From a virus (taxonomy: Duplodnaviria; Caudoviricetes), in the IMG/VR virus record IMGVR_UViG_3300012943_000042, positions 1 to 42,811 of that record: a DNA stretch of 42,811 nt. The stretch is one strand, 5' to 3'. The notes under the pieces were generated by a model. The model did no database searches and was not told the DNA's origin. It worked only from the letters and a program-made list of their open reading frames with translations. The position numbers and the translations under genes are program-made. Below, in pieces: positions 1-9,758 of this stretch (position 1 is its first letter; each line of letters opens with the position of its first letter).

Positions 1-123
1 AAAGGCTCTTGGCATCGATTCTGACTACACAGTGTTCGATCCCGAGCTAATAATGCATATCAATTCTGTTTTTGCCGATCTTCACCAGCTTGCTGTGGGT
101 CCAGAGGTGGCTTATGCCATCGA
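1..123. repeat. Terminal direct repeat (left copy), likely circular-assembly overlap
   Basis: 1-123 is identical to 42689-42811 and lies inside a gene that reads through the join. Confidence 0.95.
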
Positions 124-313
124 GGACAAGAACAACATGTGGTCTGAATTTTTGGGTGAAAAACTTGATATCAACTCTGTAAAGTCGTACATATACCTTC
201 GTGTAAGACTTCTATGGGACCCTCCTGCAACTTCTTTCAACCTCACTTCTCTCGAAAGACAAGCAGAAGAGTTCCTTTGGCGTCTAAACATCCAGTCGGA
301 AGGGACGGTTTAA
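1..313 (+). CDS. 3' part of head-tail connector (adaptor) protein
   Basis: SILDTTKKALGI...FDPELI...VKSYIYLRVRLLWDPP pattern resembles gp6/gp15-like connectors; stop at 313. Confidence 0.65.
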   Translation, partial: KALGIDSDYTVFDPELIMHINSVFADLHQLAVGPEVAYAIEDKNNMWSEFLGEKLDINSVKSYIYLRVRLLWDPPATSFNLTSLERQAEEFLWRLNIQSEGTV

Positions 314-314
314 A

Positions 315-749
315 ATGGCCGATAACGTCATCGATGATTTTCTGTTCCACTTCGGCGTAAAGGGTATGAAGTGGGGCGTACGTAGGGATTCTTCTGGTCG
401 TGCACAGCTTGGAGCAGCTCCTCGTCGAGCTCACGCAAAGCGTGTGGCGGCAGTAAAGAAGGCGACTACCAAGAAGCCAATCGCAGAAGAACACCAGAAG
501 CTCCTCAAGACTAAGAAGGCCCGAGCAAAGCACCTCTCAGATTCTGAGATCAAGGCAGCGATCGGTCGAATGAATCTTGAGCGTCAGTACAACCAGTTGA
601 ACCCTAACACAATAGGCAAGGGCTACAAGGTTGCAATCGCTGCACTGGCGGTTGGCACGACGATCAACTCCGCAGTCGCTTTCAGCAAGTCACCTGCGGG
701 TCAAGCGGTGATCGAGGGAGTAAAGAAGGCACTAGCTTCTAGGGGTTGA
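315..749 (+). CDS. Basic HxGVKGMKWGVRR-motif protein, putative internal head protein
   Basis: N-terminal DDFLFHFGVKGMKWGVRR; Lys/Arg rich; located in head module. Confidence 0.75.
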   Translation: MADNVIDDFLFHFGVKGMKWGVRRDSSGRAQLGAAPRRAHAKRVAAVKKATTKKPIAEEHQKLLKTKKARAKHLSDSEIKAAIGRMNLERQYNQLNPNTIGKGYKVAIAALAVGTTINSAVAFSKSPAGQAVIEGVKKALASRG

Positions 750-762
750 AAGGAGGTTATCA

Positions 763-2511
763 ATGGTTCTCTCTAACAAGGCAACTCCCCGCTACTATGG
801 CGAGTTCCGGGAGAAGGTCCTTCGGGGCGAAATTCCCGTGAATAGAGAAGTTGCAATGGAGATGAACCGCATTGACGACCTCATCGCCAACCCCAACTTC
901 TACTACGATGATCAAGCAGTCGAAGGATTCATCAAATTCTGTGAGGGTGAACTAACTCTTACAGATGGAACCCCACTGGTTCTTCTCTTCACTTTCAAGG
1001 TGTGGGCGGAGCAGGTATTCGGCTGGTACTATTTTACTGAACGTAGTGTCTACGTCCCAACTCCCGATAATCACGGGGGACATTATGTGCGCAAGCGCAT
1101 AAAGAGACGACTCACTACAAAACAATATCTGATCGTCGCTCGAGGAGCAGCGAAGTCCATGTACGCGGAGTGCATCCAAGCATTCTTTCTTACAGTGGAC
1201 ACTTCTACTACTCATCAAATCACAACTGCTCCTACAATGAAGCAGGCGGAGGAGGTTCTATCTCCATTCCGTACTGCTATTACGCGAGCGCACGGGCCCT
1301 TGTTTAAGTTCCTCACTGAAGGTTCTATGCAGAACACCACGGGCAATCGTGCTCTCCGACAGAAGCTAGCCTCTACAAAGAAGGGTATTGAGAACTTCCT
1401 TACTGGCTCTTTGCTTGAAATTCGACCAATGTCGATCAACAAGTTGCAGGGTCTTCGCCCTAAGGTGTCCACTGTTGATGAGTGGTTATCGGGTGATATT
1501 CGTGAGGATGTGATCGGTGCCATCGAGCAGGGCGCTTCAAAGGATGGACAAGAGTACCTTATTCTTGCAATCAGCTCTGAGGGTACAGTGCGTAACGGCA
1601 GCGGTGACACGATCAAGTTGGAGTTGGCTGACATCCTGAAGGGTGACTACTATGCTCCTCATATTTCTATCTGGCACTACAGGCTGGATGAGATTGATGA
1701 GGTTGCAGATCCCTCGATGTGGCCTAAGGCACAGCCGAATATCGGAATCACAGTCACTTACGAGACGTATCACCAGGACGTGGAACGTGCCGAGAAGGCA
1801 CCGGCCACCCGTAACGATATTCTCGCCAAGCGGTTCGGCATTCCGATGGAGGGTTACACTTACTTCTTCACTTACGAGGAGACCATTCCTCACAGGAAGC
1901 AAGAATTCTGGAAGTTGCCATGCGCCATGGGCGCTGACCTTTCACAAGGTGACGACTTCTGTGCATTCACCTTCCTATTCCCGCTATCCAATGGGAAGTT
2001 CGGAGTTAAGACTCGCAGCTATATTTCGGAGGTTACGCTTAAGAAGCTTCCGGGTGCTATGCGGATCAAGTACGACGAATTTCTCGAAGAGGGAAGCCTT
2101 CACGTTCTCGATGGAACTGTTCTGGACATGATGGAGGTCTATGACAACCTCGACGCGTTCATTCAGGAATCTGAGTTTGACGTGATGGCTCTGGGCTTCG
2201 ACCCATACAACGCCAAGGAGTTCATCCAGCGTTGGGAGACGGAGAACGGACCCTATGGGATTGAGAAGGTCATCCAGGGAGCTAGGACAGAATCTGTTCC
2301 TCTCGGTGAGTTGAAGAAGCTCAGTGAAGATCGTCTGTTGCTCTTTGACCAGGAGCTCATGTCGTTTGCGATGGGTAACGCCATAACAATGGAGGACACA
2401 AACGGTAACCGCAAGCTACTCAAGAAGCGACAGGATCAAAAGATCGACAACGTTGCTGCTTTGATGGATGCTTGGGTTGCCTTCAAACTGAACAAGGAGT
2501 CATTCGAATGA
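763..2511 (+). CDS. terL: Terminase large subunit
   Basis: 582 aa; Walker A-like VARGAAKS, Walker B VDEW, nuclease motifs GADLS and KIDNVAALMDA; SD GAAAGGAGG. Confidence 0.92.
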   Translation: MVLSNKATPRYYGEFREKVLRGEIPVNREVAMEMNRIDDLIANPNFYYDDQAVEGFIKFCEGELTLTDGTPLVLLFTFKVWAEQVFGWYYFTERSVYVPTPDNHGGHYVRKRIKRRLTTKQYLIVARGAAKSMYAECIQAFFLTVDTSTTHQITTAPTMKQAEEVLSPFRTAITRAHGPLFKFLTEGSMQNTTGNRALRQKLASTKKGIENFLTGSLLEIRPMSINKLQGLRPKVSTVDEWLSGDIREDVIGAIEQGASKDGQEYLILAISSEGTVRNGSGDTIKLELADILKGDYYAPHISIWHYRLDEIDEVADPSMWPKAQPNIGITVTYETYHQDVERAEKAPATRNDILAKRFGIPMEGYTYFFTYEETIPHRKQEFWKLPCAMGADLSQGDDFCAFTFLFPLSNGKFGVKTRSYISEVTLKKLPGAMRIKYDEFLEEGSLHVLDGTVLDMMEVYDNLDAFIQESEFDVMALGFDPYNAKEFIQRWETENGPYGIEKVIQGARTESVPLGELKKLSEDRLLLFDQELMSFAMGNAITMEDTNGNRKLLKKRQDQKIDNVAALMDAWVAFKLNKESFE

Positions 2512-2936
2512 GTGATAAGAAAGACGATGGCATCGATGACTTCCTAGTTCATCACGGTGTCAAAGGCATGAAGTGGGGCGTACGTCGAAGCCAGTCTGGC
2601 CGAGTTCAGCTTGGAGCAGCTCCTCGTCGCGCGCACGCGAACCGCAAGGCAGCGAGGCAACGTCACGCTCAGAAGATTGATGAACGACGTCAAGCTCGTG
2701 TTGATTCAATCATCAAAGGAGCTGGAGGCAACAAGCGGAAGGCTCACATTACGAATGTGTCAGCCGGTCTTGCTACTTCTCTTCTTACGGGTATCGTAGG
2801 TCGCACTGCGGTCCGAGCCCTCAATCAGTCAGGTCGTCCTGAAGTTGCTGCTGGCGTGTCCTTCGTTACAGGGCTCGTTCAGACTGGCGTCATGGCCACC
2901 ACAGCAGTCAACGCAATCCGCATTCAGGATTCATAA
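2508..2936 (+). CDS. Second HxGVKGMKWGVRR-motif protein
   Basis: ATG 2508 overlaps terL stop (ATGA) with SD AAGGAG; DDFLVHHGVKGMKWGVRR; N-terminus paralogous to 315..749. Confidence 0.75.
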   Translation: MSDKKDDGIDDFLVHHGVKGMKWGVRRSQSGRVQLGAAPRRAHANRKAARQRHAQKIDERRQARVDSIIKGAGGNKRKAHITNVSAGLATSLLTGIVGRTAVRALNQSGRPEVAAGVSFVTGLVQTGVMATTAVNAIRIQDS

Positions 2937-2966
2937 TGGATCGACAAACCTGAAAGGAGGTGAGAC

Positions 2967-4280
2967 ATGGCAGAGTCCATCGGAGGAAGGCTGAAGCACG
3001 CCTGGGACGTATTCCGTGGTCAAGAGAGTTTCACAGCATCACGTGACTACGGTCCATCGACTAGCCGACGTCCGGACAGGCCGTACAGGACTATGGCCAA
3101 CGAGAAGTCGATCATCTCTTCTATCTATACTCGTCTTAGCGTCGACGCGTCATCAATCGATATTCGTCACGTGCGAGTTGATGAGAATGGTCAGTATCTG
3201 GACACGATTCCAAGTGGACTGAATGACTGTCTTCAAGTCGAGGCTAACATCGACCAAGCGTCAGCTCACTTTGTTCGAGATGTAGTCAGCTCAATGCTAA
3301 GCGTTGGCTGTATCGCAGTCGTGGCAGTAGATACAACTGTCAATCCTGTGACCACTGGTGGCTACGATGTCCGCTCCTTGCGAGTTGGTCGAATCGTTCA
3401 GTGGTACCCGCGTCACGTGCGAGTGGATCTCTACAATGAGAAGACAGGTCTTCGCCAGGAGGTAACTCTCTTGAAGCGGAACGTCGCTATCATAGAGAAT
3501 CCCTTCTACGATGTGATGAATGAGTCCAACTCGACTCTTCAACGACTACTTAGGAAGCTTAGTCTTCTGGACGTAGTCGATGAGAAGCAGAGTATGGGTA
3601 AACTCGACCTGATCCTTCAGCTACCCTACGTTGTCAAGTCTGCTGCTCGCAAAGAGCAGGCTAGGGAACGCCGACAGGCACTCATGGATCAGATGGAGGG
3701 TTCGACGCTCGGCATTGGCTACGTCGATGCTACCGAGAAGATCACACAGCTCAACCGACCGGTTGAAAGCAACCTGCTGACGCAGATCCAGTACTTGCAA
3801 GAGCTTCTGTTCTCGCAGCTGGGTCTCACGCAGGAGATCCTGAACGGTAGTGCTGATGAAGAGACGATGTTGAACTACTATGGTCGCACGATCGAACCGC
3901 TTCTTACGGCGGTCACGCAGGCCATGAAGCGAACTTTCATCACGAAGACTGCGCGCACGCAGGGACAGTCGATCGAATTCTATCGTGATCCGTTCAAGCT
4001 TGTTCCAGTGTCTGAGGTCGCTGAGATCGCAGATAAGTTCACGCGTAACGAGATCATGTCGCCCAACGAGGTTCGCGGTGCTGTAGGCATGAAGCCAAGG
4101 CCTGAGGCTTCAGCGAACGAACTCGCCAACAGGAACATGCCTCAGTCGGGTAGCGACTCACCCACAGGAGGGGCTGAGGGGCAAGGACCAGAAGACAGCG
4201 TTCTCGCTGATCTGGAAGCACAAATTGATAGTATCCTGGCTAACCCAGGGGGTGACGTGCAAGATGACAACAGTAGTTGA
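2967..4280 (+). CDS. Portal protein
   Basis: 437 aa after terL; C-terminal IMSPNEVRGAVGMKP typical of HK97-type portals; SD GAAAGGAGGT. Confidence 0.88.
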   Translation: MAESIGGRLKHAWDVFRGQESFTASRDYGPSTSRRPDRPYRTMANEKSIISSIYTRLSVDASSIDIRHVRVDENGQYLDTIPSGLNDCLQVEANIDQASAHFVRDVVSSMLSVGCIAVVAVDTTVNPVTTGGYDVRSLRVGRIVQWYPRHVRVDLYNEKTGLRQEVTLLKRNVAIIENPFYDVMNESNSTLQRLLRKLSLLDVVDEKQSMGKLDLILQLPYVVKSAARKEQARERRQALMDQMEGSTLGIGYVDATEKITQLNRPVESNLLTQIQYLQELLFSQLGLTQEILNGSADEETMLNYYGRTIEPLLTAVTQAMKRTFITKTARTQGQSIEFYRDPFKLVPVSEVAEIADKFTRNEIMSPNEVRGAVGMKPRPEASANELANRNMPQSGSDSPTGGAEGQGPEDSVLADLEAQIDSILANPGGDVQDDNSS

Positions 4281-5004
4281 CAACTTTCTTGCGCACTACG
4301 CCTCTGAGTACTACGATCCAGTCAAGGCTAAGGCCTACTACGAGCGCACCAAGAAGCTCAAAGGTAGGAAGAAGGCGAATGCCCTTACTAGTAAGGCGCA
4401 ATCAGATGCCTGGGCCGTAACGAAGGATTCTATCAGCACTGCTCGAACCAATGACCTGAACAAGGCGTCAGAGGAAACCCAGCAGGCACTCGACACAGCC
4501 CGAGCGAACGCGGAGGCAGCGTCAGAGAGAATCCAGGCGAAACTGACGGACTTCCTTCAACAGGTGATGTCCGACACTCCGATCCCGGGGAATGCCAGTC
4601 CGCGACTACGAGCCTTCCTACAGGCCCAGCGGACCAGACGTGCCCAAGGAGCCGTCAAGGAGGCGAATGCCGATCTCCAGAAGGTAGGCAGCCAACTCAA
4701 GGCGGCGATTGCCACAGCAAGACAGTCCTATGCGACTAACAAGCAGGCAATCAAGGACAAGTATGACCAAGCCACTGAGACGGAGTATGAGAACATTCGT
4801 ACAAAGATCCCAGGGGCATCGGCCGCAAAGTCTAAGACCACTCCAAAGAAGAAGACCTCGTCTAAGGAACGGACTACCACTAGGAAGACAGTTCTCAGAC
4901 CAAAGCGAAAGCCAAAAATTAAGGCTCAGACATCGGCTCCTCCTCCAAAGAAGCCAGTGGCTAAGTCTTCTCAAAGAGGTTCATCTTCCAAGAGAGCGGT
5001 TTAG
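4264..5004 (+). CDS. Helical protein with Lys-rich tail, putative internal head protein
   Basis: Likely start ATG 4264 after GGGGGTGA; begins MTTVVDNFLAHYAS; lies between portal and capsid. Confidence 0.65.
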   Translation: MTTVVDNFLAHYASEYYDPVKAKAYYERTKKLKGRKKANALTSKAQSDAWAVTKDSISTARTNDLNKASEETQQALDTARANAEAASERIQAKLTDFLQQVMSDTPIPGNASPRLRAFLQAQRTRRAQGAVKEANADLQKVGSQLKAAIATARQSYATNKQAIKDKYDQATETEYENIRTKIPGASAAKSKTTPKKKTSSKERTTTRKTVLRPKRKPKIKAQTSAPPPKKPVAKSSQRGSSSKRAV

Positions 5005-5019
5005 AAAGGATACTTCAAA

Positions 5020-7038
5020 ATGGGAGCAGACTTTTCAGGTTGGGCTACCAAAGCGGGATTGAAGTGCTCCGACGGTCGGACAATCATGCCGGATGCGTTC
5101 TCGCATCAGGACAAGATGAAGGTTCCGCTCGTTTGGCAACATCAGCACAACGATCCAATCCAGATTCTCGGGCACGCAGTACTCGAGAAGAGGAAGGATG
5201 GTGTTTACACCTACGGGTTCTTCAACGACACCCCTTCCGGACAACAGGCCAAAGCGCTCGTCGAGCACGGCGACGTTGAGGCCCTCTCCATCTATGCAAA
5301 CAAGCTCGTAGAGAAGAACAAGCTAGTCCACAATGGAAGCATTAAGGAAGTTAGCATCGTTCTTTCGGGGGCCAACCCCGGAGCATTCATCGATAACGTG
5401 TACATGCAGCACGGCGATGACTACGAGGTTGTTGAGGGTGAGGCTATCATCTACACCGGCCTCAGTCTTGAGCATGAAGATCAGTCAACCGACGGGTCGC
5501 AAGACAACCAAGGAGGAACAATGGCCGACGGAGACGGCGAGAAGACCATCAAGGAAGTCTACGACTCCTTCGATGAAGAGCAGAAGGCCGTCGTTCACTA
5601 TCTGATCGGAGAGGCCCTTAGCCAGTCCGACGAGGACGGTGACGACAACATCAAGCACGGCGACGACGATGAGGACGACGGTGACGACGACTCTGACGAC
5701 GGCGACGAGAACGAGGATGACTCGTTGAACCACAACCAGGAAGGAACTCAAATGGGCGGAAACGTCTTTGACCAGTCCCAGCAGAGCGGTGATGAGGGCG
5801 CGACCCTTACTCACGCACAGCTCGAAACCATCATGACCGACGCCAAGCTCATGGGCTCTTACAAGAAGGCCTTCCTGATGCACGCCGGTGAGTATGGTAT
5901 CACCAACATCGATCTCCTCTTCCCCGACGCCAAGTCGATTCAGGACTCCCCCGAGTTCGTCAAGCGTCGCACTGAGTGGGTCGACATCATTCTAGGCGGC
6001 ACCAAGCACGTTCCGTGGTCTCGCATTCGGTCGATGTTCGCGGACATCACCGAGGACGACGCGCGCGCGAAGGGTTACATCAAGGGCAACATGAAGAAGG
6101 AGGAGTTCTTCTCCCTCTCCAAGCGCACCACGACGCCCCAGACCGTCTACAAGAAGCAGAAGCTCGACCGCGATGACATCATCGACATCACGGACCTCGA
6201 CGTTGTTGCCTGGCTCAAGGCTGAGATGCGTCTCATGCTTGAGGAGGAAATCGCACGCGCGATCCTCATTGGTGACGGCCGTGAGGTGGACGACGACAAC
6301 AAGATCAAGGACCCTGCCAGCAACGCTGACGGTTCGGGTATCCGCTCGATCGCCCATGATCACGAGTTCTATGCGGTTCCCGTCACGATCCCGACGAACG
6401 CCAGCCCTGCTGACGCAACCGAGGCGATCATCCGCTCGATGGACGAGTACCACGGCTCTGGCGCCCCGACGGCGTTCATGGCTCGCTCGTTCCTCACCGA
6501 CCTGCTTCTCCAGAAGGACAAGATGGGTCGTCGTCTGTACCGCAACCGCGAGGAGCTGGCTTCCGAGCTCGGCGTCGCGCGAGTTGTTGACGTTGAAATC
6601 CTGAACGAGGAGCTGACGGTCCTTGCGATCATCCTCAACCTCCAGGACTACAGCGTTGGTACCGACCGCGGTGGCGAGACCACGTTCTTCGACGACTTCG
6701 ACATCGACTACAACCAGTACAAGTACCTCTACGAGACCCGCCTCTCAGGTGGACTCACGAAGTGGAAGGCTGCGATTGTGGTCAAGCGTACCGCCGGTAC
6801 CCTGGCAACGCCCACGGTTCCGTCGTTCAACGCTGGCACCGGAGTCGTCACGATCCCGACCGTTACCGGCGTGGTCTACAAGAACCAGGAGACGGGCGTA
6901 ACCCTGTCCGCTGGCGCTCAGGCCGCAATCGACAAGGACGAGGAGCTCTCGGTCGTCGCGGTGCCCGCATCGGGCTACTACTTCCCGTACAACTTCGACG
7001 CTGACTGGACCTTCATCGGTACCACTGAGCTCGACTAG
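5020..7038 (+). CDS. Prohead protease - scaffold - major capsid protein fusion with C-terminal Ig-like domain
   Basis: N-terminal HK97-type protease pattern (VPLVWQH, LSI, EVSIVLSGANPGA), acidic linker, capsid-like domain (EEEIARAILIGDG), strongly C/G-ending codons in the 3' part. Confidence 0.88.
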   Translation: MGADFSGWATKAGLKCSDGRTIMPDAFSHQDKMKVPLVWQHQHNDPIQILGHAVLEKRKDGVYTYGFFNDTPSGQQAKALVEHGDVEALSIYANKLVEKNKLVHNGSIKEVSIVLSGANPGAFIDNVYMQHGDDYEVVEGEAIIYTGLSLEHEDQSTDGSQDNQGGTMADGDGEKTIKEVYDSFDEEQKAVVHYLIGEALSQSDEDGDDNIKHGDDDEDDGDDDSDDGDENEDDSLNHNQEGTQMGGNVFDQSQQSGDEGATLTHAQLETIMTDAKLMGSYKKAFLMHAGEYGITNIDLLFPDAKSIQDSPEFVKRRTEWVDIILGGTKHVPWSRIRSMFADITEDDARAKGYIKGNMKKEEFFSLSKRTTTPQTVYKKQKLDRDDIIDITDLDVVAWLKAEMRLMLEEEIARAILIGDGREVDDDNKIKDPASNADGSGIRSIAHDHEFYAVPVTIPTNASPADATEAIIRSMDEYHGSGAPTAFMARSFLTDLLLQKDKMGRRLYRNREELASELGVARVVDVEILNEELTVLAIILNLQDYSVGTDRGGETTFFDDFDIDYNQYKYLYETRLSGGLTKWKAAIVVKRTAGTLATPTVPSFNAGTGVVTIPTVTGVVYKNQETGVTLSAGAQAAIDKDEELSVVAVPASGYYFPYNFDADWTFIGTTELD

Positions 7039-7049
7039 TCGGTGGTAGT

Positions 7050-7409
7050 ATGGCAAACAAGTTCTACGGCGAAGTCGGCTATGCCCAAAACCAGGAGGTC
7101 CCTCCGGACTCTGGCATCTATGTAGATGTGATCACCGAGCGTAAGTACTATGGTGATATTCTACAGATGAATAGGAAACTGGCCGAGGGAGACAAGATTA
7201 ATGAGGACATAACCCTCACTAATTCGATCTCCATCGTCGCTGACGCATTCGCAAATGAAAACTTCTTTGCCATTCGCTACATCAAGGTGGCGGGGGTTCT
7301 ATGGGTTGTCAACACTGTTGAGATCAAGAGCCCCCGCCTCATCTTGAGGATGGGAGGGAAGTACGATGGGCCGACGCCAGCAGCTCCACCAGATCCTGAA
7401 GGGGATTGA
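7050..7409 (+). CDS. Head-closure (stopper) protein
   Basis: 119 aa directly after capsid; synteny and beta-rich pattern. Confidence 0.6.
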   Translation: MANKFYGEVGYAQNQEVPPDSGIYVDVITERKYYGDILQMNRKLAEGDKINEDITLTNSISIVADAFANENFFAIRYIKVAGVLWVVNTVEIKSPRLILRMGGKYDGPTPAAPPDPEGD

Positions 7410-7671
7410 GGGGCCTAAGAAGGTATATTTCCAGGCGACTAACAATACTCAAATGGAATATCCTTGCATCGTATACGAAAAGTCCTTCGTTGAAACACAA
7501 CACGCAGATAACAAACCGTATCGTAAGACTCGTCGCTATCAGGTAACGGTCATTGATCAAGATCCTGATAGCACAATTCCAGATGCGGTTGAAGAGCTGC
7601 CTATGTGTTCCTTCGATCGACACTTCGTATCTGCGAACCTCCACCACGACGTCTATCAACTCTACTTTTAG
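7366..7671 (+). CDS. Tail terminator protein
   Basis: VYFQ...YPCIVY...RYQVTV pattern; directly upstream of major tail gene. Confidence 0.62.
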   Translation: MGRRQQLHQILKGIEGPKKVYFQATNNTQMEYPCIVYEKSFVETQHADNKPYRKTRRYQVTVIDQDPDSTIPDAVEELPMCSFDRHFVSANLHHDVYQLYF

Positions 7672-7682
7672 GAGAGAAATCA

Positions 7683-8546
7683 ATGAGCAAGATTCTTTGG
7701 GACCAGCTCGAGGACCGGAAGTACGAAACGGGCGTAGACCACGGCGTTCTGTACAAGCAGGACGATGCTGGTGCCTATGACATCGGTGTTGCCTGGAACG
7801 GACTTGTGTCTGTCACTGAGAGCCCTGAGGGCGCTGAGGCGACTGCACAGTACGCAGACAACATGAAGTACCTCAACCTCATCTCTGCTGAGGACTACAA
7901 GGCTACGGTGGAGGCATTCACCTATCCTGATGAGTTCGAGGAGTGCAACGGTGTTGCGTCTCCTGTTCCCGGCGTTCACGTCGGTCAGCAGAATCGTCGG
8001 GGCTTCGGTCTCGTTTGGCGGACGAAGGTGGGCAACGCGGTCAATCCTGACCTCGGCTACAAGATCCACATCGTCTGGGGAGCCACCGCGGCGCCCTCTG
8101 AGAAGGCCTACGAGACGGTCAACGACTCGCCTGAGGCAATGACGCTGAGCTGGGAGCTGTCGACCACACCGGTCGCCATCGACCTCGAAGGCTTCCGCCC
8201 CACGGCATCGATCACCATCGACTCCACGACGGTCGACCCGATCGCCCTCGCGGCACTCGAGACCGAGCTGTTCGGATCCGCGGGTACCGACCCGCATCTG
8301 CCCAGCCCGACCGAGGTCGTTGGGTTCTTCAGCGCTGGCACCCTCACCGGTGTCTCGCCTGTTGCCCCGACGCAGGACGAGGACGATATCACGATCCCGA
8401 CCGTCACCGGCGTGGTCTACAAGATCGCTGGAGAGACGGTTACCGGAGTAGTCACCATCACCGACAACACCATTGTGAAGGCTGTGCCGGCTTCCGGCTA
8501 CTACTTCACGACGCCGTTCGTCGACGACTGGCTGTTCACGGTCTAA
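7683..8546 (+). CDS. Major tail (tube) protein with C-terminal Ig-like domain
   Basis: ATG 7683 after SD AGGAG; YETGVDHGVLY...AWNGLVSVTESP...YADNMKY; strongly biased codons. Confidence 0.85.
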   Translation: MSKILWDQLEDRKYETGVDHGVLYKQDDAGAYDIGVAWNGLVSVTESPEGAEATAQYADNMKYLNLISAEDYKATVEAFTYPDEFEECNGVASPVPGVHVGQQNRRGFGLVWRTKVGNAVNPDLGYKIHIVWGATAAPSEKAYETVNDSPEAMTLSWELSTTPVAIDLEGFRPTASITIDSTTVDPIALAALETELFGSAGTDPHLPSPTEVVGFFSAGTLTGVSPVAPTQDEDDITIPTVTGVVYKIAGETVTGVVTITDNTIVKAVPASGYYFTTPFVDDWLFTV

Positions 8547-8567
8547 AGATAGGAAGGAGGCCAGGGA

Positions 8568-9110
8568 ATGCTCCACATCGATGTGTTCTCACCAGACAAA
8601 TTCAATAACTCTACTCAAGAGTTTATAAGTGACAAGCTGGGAACTCTGGTGCTGGAGCATTCTCTGGTCTCTCTATCAAAATGGGAGCAAATCTTTGAGA
8701 AGCCGTTCATCAATAATGAGCGTAAGACTGACAAAGAGACTCTCGAGTACATCAAATGCATGAATGTAGGCACTGATACTCCTCCGGAGGTCTTTGAGAA
8801 TCTCTCTCAGAGTAACATCAATGACATTCAGAACTACATCAATGCGAAGATGACAGCTACTTGGTTCACAGAGGAGCAAGGTCATCAACAATCAAGGGAA
8901 ATCATCACTGCTGAGCTCATCTATTACTGGATGATCTCTCTAGGTATCCCTTTTGAGTGTCAGGAATGGCATCTTAACCGTCTTCTAACTCTTATACAGG
9001 TTTGCAACCGCAAGAATGCACCTAAGAAGAAGATGAGCCACGCTGAAGCTGCCGCCAAGATGTCTGAGATGAACAGACTGCGCAGAGAACAGCTGAAAAC
9101 CAATGGATAG
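8568..9110 (+). CDS. Tail assembly chaperone-like protein
   Basis: 180 aa after major tail gene; LEHSLVSLSKWE...WHLNRLLTLI; SD AAGGAGG. Confidence 0.55.
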   Translation: MLHIDVFSPDKFNNSTQEFISDKLGTLVLEHSLVSLSKWEQIFEKPFINNERKTDKETLEYIKCMNVGTDTPPEVFENLSQSNINDIQNYINAKMTATWFTEEQGHQQSREIITAELIYYWMISLGIPFECQEWHLNRLLTLIQVCNRKNAPKKKMSHAEAAAKMSEMNRLRREQLKTNG

Positions 9111-9122
9111 AAAGGAGGACTG

Positions 9123-9758
9123 ATGTCTAAGCTTGTTTGGGGCCTACTCGAAGAGCGTTTCTTTGAAACCGGTGTCGATCGTGGTGTTCTCTATGTCGGA
9201 GATGAAATTGGTGTGCCCTGGAACGGTCTAGTTTCAGTCAAGGAGTCCCCAACCGGTGGCGATCCTCAGCCTTTCTATCTCGATGGTGTCAAATACCTCA
9301 ATCTTTCGGAGTCTGAGGAGTTCGAGGCCTCTATACAGGCCTTTGGATACCCGGCTTCCTTCGCTCAGTGCCTTGGAGACCTCCCCATTCACAACGGGCT
9401 GTTCATAACCCAGCAACCTAAGAAGACTTTCAACTTCACATACAGGTCACGACTGGGTAACGCAATCCTAGGAGCTGATTACTCCTACAAAATCCATATG
9501 GTGTGGAATGCACTGGCAGGCCCAGCGGATAAGGAGAACAATACAATTGCAGACTCTCCGAATCCTTTTGTTTTCAACTGGCCAGTCTCTACACTTGCTC
9601 CGCTTACACCGGGGTACCACCCTAGCGCCCATATGGTGGTTGACGCGTCACTGACCCCAAGCGATATTCTGGAAGAACTCGAGAATTTGCTCTATGGTTC
9701 GGATGAAGGCGATGCCCACTTCCCTACTCAGAGTGAATTGATCGAGTTGTTCTCATGA
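9123..9758 (+). CDS. Tail-tube paralog 2
   Basis: MSKLVW...FETGVDRGVLY...PWNGLVSVKESP aligns by eye with the major tail protein. Confidence 0.75.
   Translation: MSKLVWGLLEERFFETGVDRGVLYVGDEIGVPWNGLVSVKESPTGGDPQPFYLDGVKYLNLSESEEFEASIQAFGYPASFAQCLGDLPIHNGLFITQQPKKTFNFTYRSRLGNAILGADYSYKIHMVWNALAGPADKENNTIADSPNPFVFNWPVSTLAPLTPGYHPSAHMVVDASLTPSDILEELENLLYGSDEGDAHFPTQSELIELFS

Noticed and set aside
1-123. 123-bp terminal repeat as a biological DTR
   Set aside because: It lies mid-gene, and the terminase/HNH set suggests cos-type ends; best explained as assembly overlap of a circular contig
7680-8576. Long minus-strand ORFs (also 14216..14986, 23739..24524, 24776..25483, 40755..41699)
   Set aside because: Antisense shadows of codon-biased + strand genes; no recognisable motifs or SD support
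8568-9110. Programmed frameshift in the tail chaperone
   Set aside because: No clear slippery site with an extended alternative frame was found; the next gene is a tail-tube paralog with its own SD
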